The notes beneath the pieces are model-generated. The model was given only the letters and a program-made list of their open reading frames with translations. It was not told the DNA's origin and ran no database searches. A DNA stretch of 55,335 bases, from assembly GCA_000826855.1 (NCBI GenBank), contig JTLS01000009.1, positions 1-55,335 of the forward strand. The letters are read 5' to 3'. The translations under genes and the position numbers were made by a program. Positions 51,300 through 55,335 of the stretch are shown here, one piece after another. Position 1 is the stretch's first letter. Every line of letters begins with the position of its first letter. The DNA comes from Basidioascus undulatus (taxonomy: Eukaryota).

Positions 51300-52030
51300 C
51301 GCACATTCACTGACCACGCGTACATTGGATGCTTCTCGTACAGAATCTGGGACCGTCGCTCCACATCCAGGGGTTCTGCCTGGATGATCTCTCTGGCCAG
51401 TCCTGCGGCGTCCTGTGGTGCGAACAGACCGCCCGAGCCGTCGGCTGTCGCCGCGATGTTGGTTACAGGATCCCTCCGTGGGACGAGATACGAGCGCTCT
51501 TTCCAGCCGGGCTCACTGGGAGACCACTGCGACTGTCGACGTCTTGTTGCTGATCAGTGCGTCGAAGAGCTCGGACGATGCCATGGTACAGCTGAACGCA
51601 GCCCAGCAGGTGCGCAACTGGCAAGGGCTGTTTGACTGGGCGGCTGAGCACCACCCTGGCCTTACTTTCGCACGCGAGTCTCGCTGTCACACTATCTCCG
51701 GAGCGCGCCTTCTATGTGGATATAGGGGAGCGCGGTGCCCGAGTGACCGTTATTCGCTGCTCGTCGCACCAGCCGCATTTTCTCCTCGTCTCGGAACTTC
51801 CGCAAGGTCGACCCGAACGCCTCCATTCGACCGTCACGTCGTTCGAGTGCGGCATGTGCGAGTAGTCCGTTGCAGCTTTGCTCGAGGGTGCGGGTCGCAT
51901 CGGGGAGGCTGCGCCATGCGAAGTCTGTGGGGTACCAACTGGTTCGATGTGCAGGACTGTAAGGGGGCGATATACTGCTCACCTGAGCACCAAGCGCTAC
52001 ACTGACCATCGCACGAAAAGGTGCGTGTGC
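51300..52030 (+). pseudogene. Degenerate MYND-type zinc-finger protein
   Basis: CEVCGVPTGSMC/QDCKGAIYCSPEHQALH*PSHEK follows the MYND pattern, with a frameshift (~51952) and TGA (52003-52005) at the conserved Trp. The 5' limit is approximate. Confidence 0.7.
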
Positions 52031-52608
52031 CTCCTGTTCCCGCAGTCTCTTGCTGGCGGGCGGCTCATTTGAAGGCCAATAGTGGTGCAAGGCGCATAGG
52101 GTGTAGAGGGCGGATGGGAGTAGGCTACTTAAAGAAACTTGTCGTTTGTAAACGTGGAAAAGCTCGCATCCAACAGTTCGAGAACAGCATCATGTATCGT
52201 GAAAGCGTCGTGAACGGTCTGCGCCTCGGTCTGTGGGCTAGCCTCGCTCTCGACTCGTGAAACCTGACTTCATCCAATGAAAAGGCCAGTCGGGTTATCA
52301 ATTAGGATGACTTCTCTTATGGGCTGATTTGTAATTGAAGCTCTCAGTTACTGGGAAAAGAAGCTCTTGAACCGTTGCGGTGCTTGGAGACAGCATGTTC
52401 TCGCAGATACAATGCAATTTTATCACCCAATCAAGCTCACTGTTACATCCCCTGAGACTTAATGGTTCCCGCATGGCCCAACAAGTCAGACAACTATGGA
52501 TAAAGCCGACTCGCTCGGACGCTGCCGCAAGCACAGTCGTTTCTTCCATGGACAAGCATGCGCACCAATCAAATCCGCTCGGCCCTTCAAGCCCCCCAAC
52601 CCTCTCAA

Positions 52609-53995
52609 TCACGCACTCCCCGTCCCCTCACGCAGCCACCATAGCCTTACAGCACCGTCGTCGCCCGAGGAGGCCAGGACGTTCTCCATGTGCGCGCGCT
52701 CGCGCATACTCGTGCCCGGCGCGGGCACGGTGAAATCGTCTTCTTGAATAGACTGCGAGAGGGGCTTTGAGGAGGCGTCTGAGGAGGCGGAAGGAACGGG
52801 ACACCATGCGACGGAGTTGATGTCGTGGATGCCGTGGGCGGAGGGGCGGGTGGCGATGGGCGGGATGGTCGGCGGGGAGGAGGGATTGGAGGGGTCAACC
52901 ATCTGCAGAGGAAAGGGAGGTGAGGCTGATGTATCGCGTATGCGAGGAGAGAGAAAAGGGGACGTACGACCTGGAAGATCCGAATCACGCCGTCTCCACC
53001 AGCACTCGCGATCCTGCCCCTTCCGCCCTGCTCCCGAGGGACCCCTCCCGTGCCCCACGCAACGCTGTAGATCGTGCGATCATGCGCGCCCTCCACGCTC
53101 GCGACGACCTCCCACGTGTCCTCGTCCTTCTTCCAGCTTGTCGGCATCGCGCCGTCGCCCCTCCGCTCCGCGGTGCGCGTACGGCCCCAGACGCGGAGCG
53201 AGAGGTCGTCCGAGCCGGAGAGGAGGAACTGGCCGCAGGGCGAGAACGCGAGCGCCCAGACGGTGGACGTGTGCGCCTTGAGCCGCCCGGTCACGTACCA
53301 GTCGTCCGTTGGGTCGTCGACGTACAGGTTGATCGTATCGTCGTAGGATGCGGACGCGAGCAGCTCGTCAGTCGGGTGGAAGGCTACGGATTTGACGTCC
53401 TGCGAGTGCTCCATTTGCACGGAGAGACACTCGGGGTCGCAGCCGGGTTGGACTGGGCGAGTAGGGGGCGTTAGCCTGGTAAGGGGTGAGAAGAGGGGTG
53501 GTAGGGGGAAGACGCACTCTCCCAGATCCACACCGACTTGTCGCGTGAGCAGCTGGCCAGGAGGGTTCCGGACGCGGAGAACGCAACGCTCTTGCACTCG
53601 CTCTCGTGCCCCTCCAGCACGCTCACGCACTCCCACGTGCTCCCCCCGCCCTCCTCCCGCTCCCAGAGGCCTACGCTCGAGTCAAAGCTCGCAGTAGCGA
53701 GCATGCGCCCGCCGGGCGCCCACGCGAGCGCGCGCACGGTGCGCCTGTGCTCTGTCGGGAGCGGGGCGAGCTCGGTCCATTGGAGGTCGGCGGGCGTGGG
53801 CGCGGAGGCGGAGAAGGGGAGGGAGAAGGTGTAGAGCCGGACGGACTTGTCGCCTGAGCAGGAGGCGAGGAGCGGCTGGGAGGGAGAAGGGTTGAACGAG
53901 ACGTGCCATGCGCGGTCGGTGTGCGACGTGAACGCGTGTAGGGGCACGAGAGAGTGCGTCTCTGTGCTGGGCAACGGGGTGTTCTCGGGGATCAT
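52609..53995 (-). CDS. CIA1: Cytosolic Fe-S assembly WD40 protein Cia1
   Basis: HTDRAWHVSF..LLASCSGDKSVRL; HRRTVRALAWAPGGRMLATASFDSSVGLWE; WECVSVLEGHESECKSVAFS..LLASCSRDKSVWIWE; ECLSVQMEHSQDVK..LASASYDD; AHGIHDINSVAWC; LASSGDDGAVRLW. Confidence 0.95.
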
Positions 53996-55029
53996 CCTGC
54001 CGTGACTGGCAGCCTCAGGCAGGTCAGACTCGAGCTGGTATCTTGAGAGGCGCTTCGAGATGCTCCGTTTGACGTACCTTTCAGGTATACGATTGAGGAA
54101 GACCGGCGGCGGTGGTAAAGGGCCGCCGGCTCGCTGACGAGAGCGCGGTGACGTTGTTAGGCAGGCACGGCGCAGTCGCACTATTCACTATTCACTATAC
54201 AGTTTGTAGATTGCGATTCTGCAGCAGGCAGTCGCAACGAAACAGACATGAAACCTACCTTACTGGGCGCTATGTGGGGCACTACAGCTATGCATTAGGG
54301 AAGATAACATGCACCGGCAGCGAACACTCAGTCGGCCGAAAGGTCAGATTGCAGGTACTGCCCACGTACAATTCTCGTGGAAAATAAAAAGCTGTATTCT
54401 GAGGTGGGAAGACCTCGGTGAGAGTACTTTATCTGCTTGTGGTGCCAACAACAAGCAGTACGTTGCGGACGATACACTGTTACGCAGCGCGGTTTCGCAG
54501 CGAGTCGGCGGGGCAGGCTTGAGCTCTGCTCTGTCCGAACAGCCTCGTAACGCACTCCCATTACCAAGGAGTTCTGCTATATACGCAACCGCTATTTGGG
54601 TATGCTATGATTTCCTGATGAAATTCTGTCATGCAGGCGTGCAGTGTGGGTGCCTCTGAACGGTCACACGAGACGGGACATCCCGATCTGTACTGCCAGG
54701 CAGTTCACATTTGGAGGTTTGGCGGCAGGTTTTCCGTAATTAAAACCCGATCAAAACACCAGAATAATATGAATGACTATGTCTGAACCTGCAGTGCAGT
54801 CAATGCTTCGGGCCACTCACAGCAGAAGAGAAAAGTAAAGGAGACAAGATTATTCAGCGTTTCCCATTCAAGATTCTGGACAAGGTCCCTTCGCCTGCGT
54901 CTTCTCGTCCTCTGCCGGACGACATTCTCCTCTCCTCGATTTCGCTTGTTCTTCCTCCTCCCTTCCCCCGGTCCTTCTTCCTTCTCCACCGACATTCTCT
55001 GAGTGGTCGGATTCAGTCGCGTTCTGCAC

Positions 55030-55335
55030 ATGTCGCTCCTCCGCTTGACGCGGCTCACAGCCGTTCGCTCGGCCCTCGCCACCACCCTCTCCGGTTCGCG
55101 CCCTATCTCGAGCGTGGCTGGTGGTAATGTCCGCTTTAGGAATGTTTTGAGCTCCCAGACTTGTACGTATTCTCTTTGATATAGACTACCGGTGGCGTTG
55201 GACGCTGACTGGGCGGCGAATCAACAGCCCGCTTTTCCCCCTCCCTCTCCCGCTACTCTTCCTCTCCTTTCTAGTCGCACGCCAGACCGGCCCTAAGCAA
55301 CGCTCCGCTGCCATCGCCTTGTTCCCTTCTTGTCC
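55030..55335 (+). CDS. 5' end of a probable mitochondrially targeted protein (runs off window)
   Basis: MSLLRLTRLTAVRSALATTLS is Arg/Ser/Leu-rich with no acidic residues. It is followed by a GTTCGC donor and a pyrimidine-rich TAG acceptor near 55274, and is divergent from CIA1. Confidence 0.45.

Noticed and set aside
22008..52005. Stops at conserved Trp codons (TAA 22008-22010; TGA 52003-52005) as A-to-I editing or readthrough sites
   Set aside because: Both genes also have frame disruptions. Other stops replace Tyr or Ser codons, which editing cannot restore. Ordinary decay is the simpler explanation.

Overview
GC-rich, intron-dense fungal genomic DNA. Short introns with GTGCGT/GTGAGT/GTACGT donors and CTRAC branch points, together with the gene families present, point to a basidiomycete (inference). 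Apparently intact spliced genes: an alpha/beta-hydrolase, a glomulin/ALF4/YBP1-family protein, COX13, a nucleotidyltransferase-like protein of unknown function, EXO70, UNC-50/GMH1, CSN3, a cupin, a small DDR48-like hydrophilic protein, an F-box protein, glycogen synthase, a CCDC6/DUF2046-like coiled-coil protein, a TFEB/Rtg3-type bHLH-ZIP factor, CIA1, and the 5' end of a probable mitochondrial protein. Between them lie decayed accessory genes: two F-box relics, a Zn2Cys6 factor, a BTB protein, a MYND finger, and a ubiquitin-fusion gene. The most striking structure is the ubiquitin-fusion gene. Its N-half (5.9-6.8 kb) and C-half (18.6-19.1 kb) lie on the same strand and join in phase at an intron, but are separated by an ~11.8-kb block holding four opposite-strand genes. 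No tRNA, rRNA, CRISPR array or intact transposon was recognised. Gene models were spliced by eye and family calls come from remembered motifs; no searches were run.
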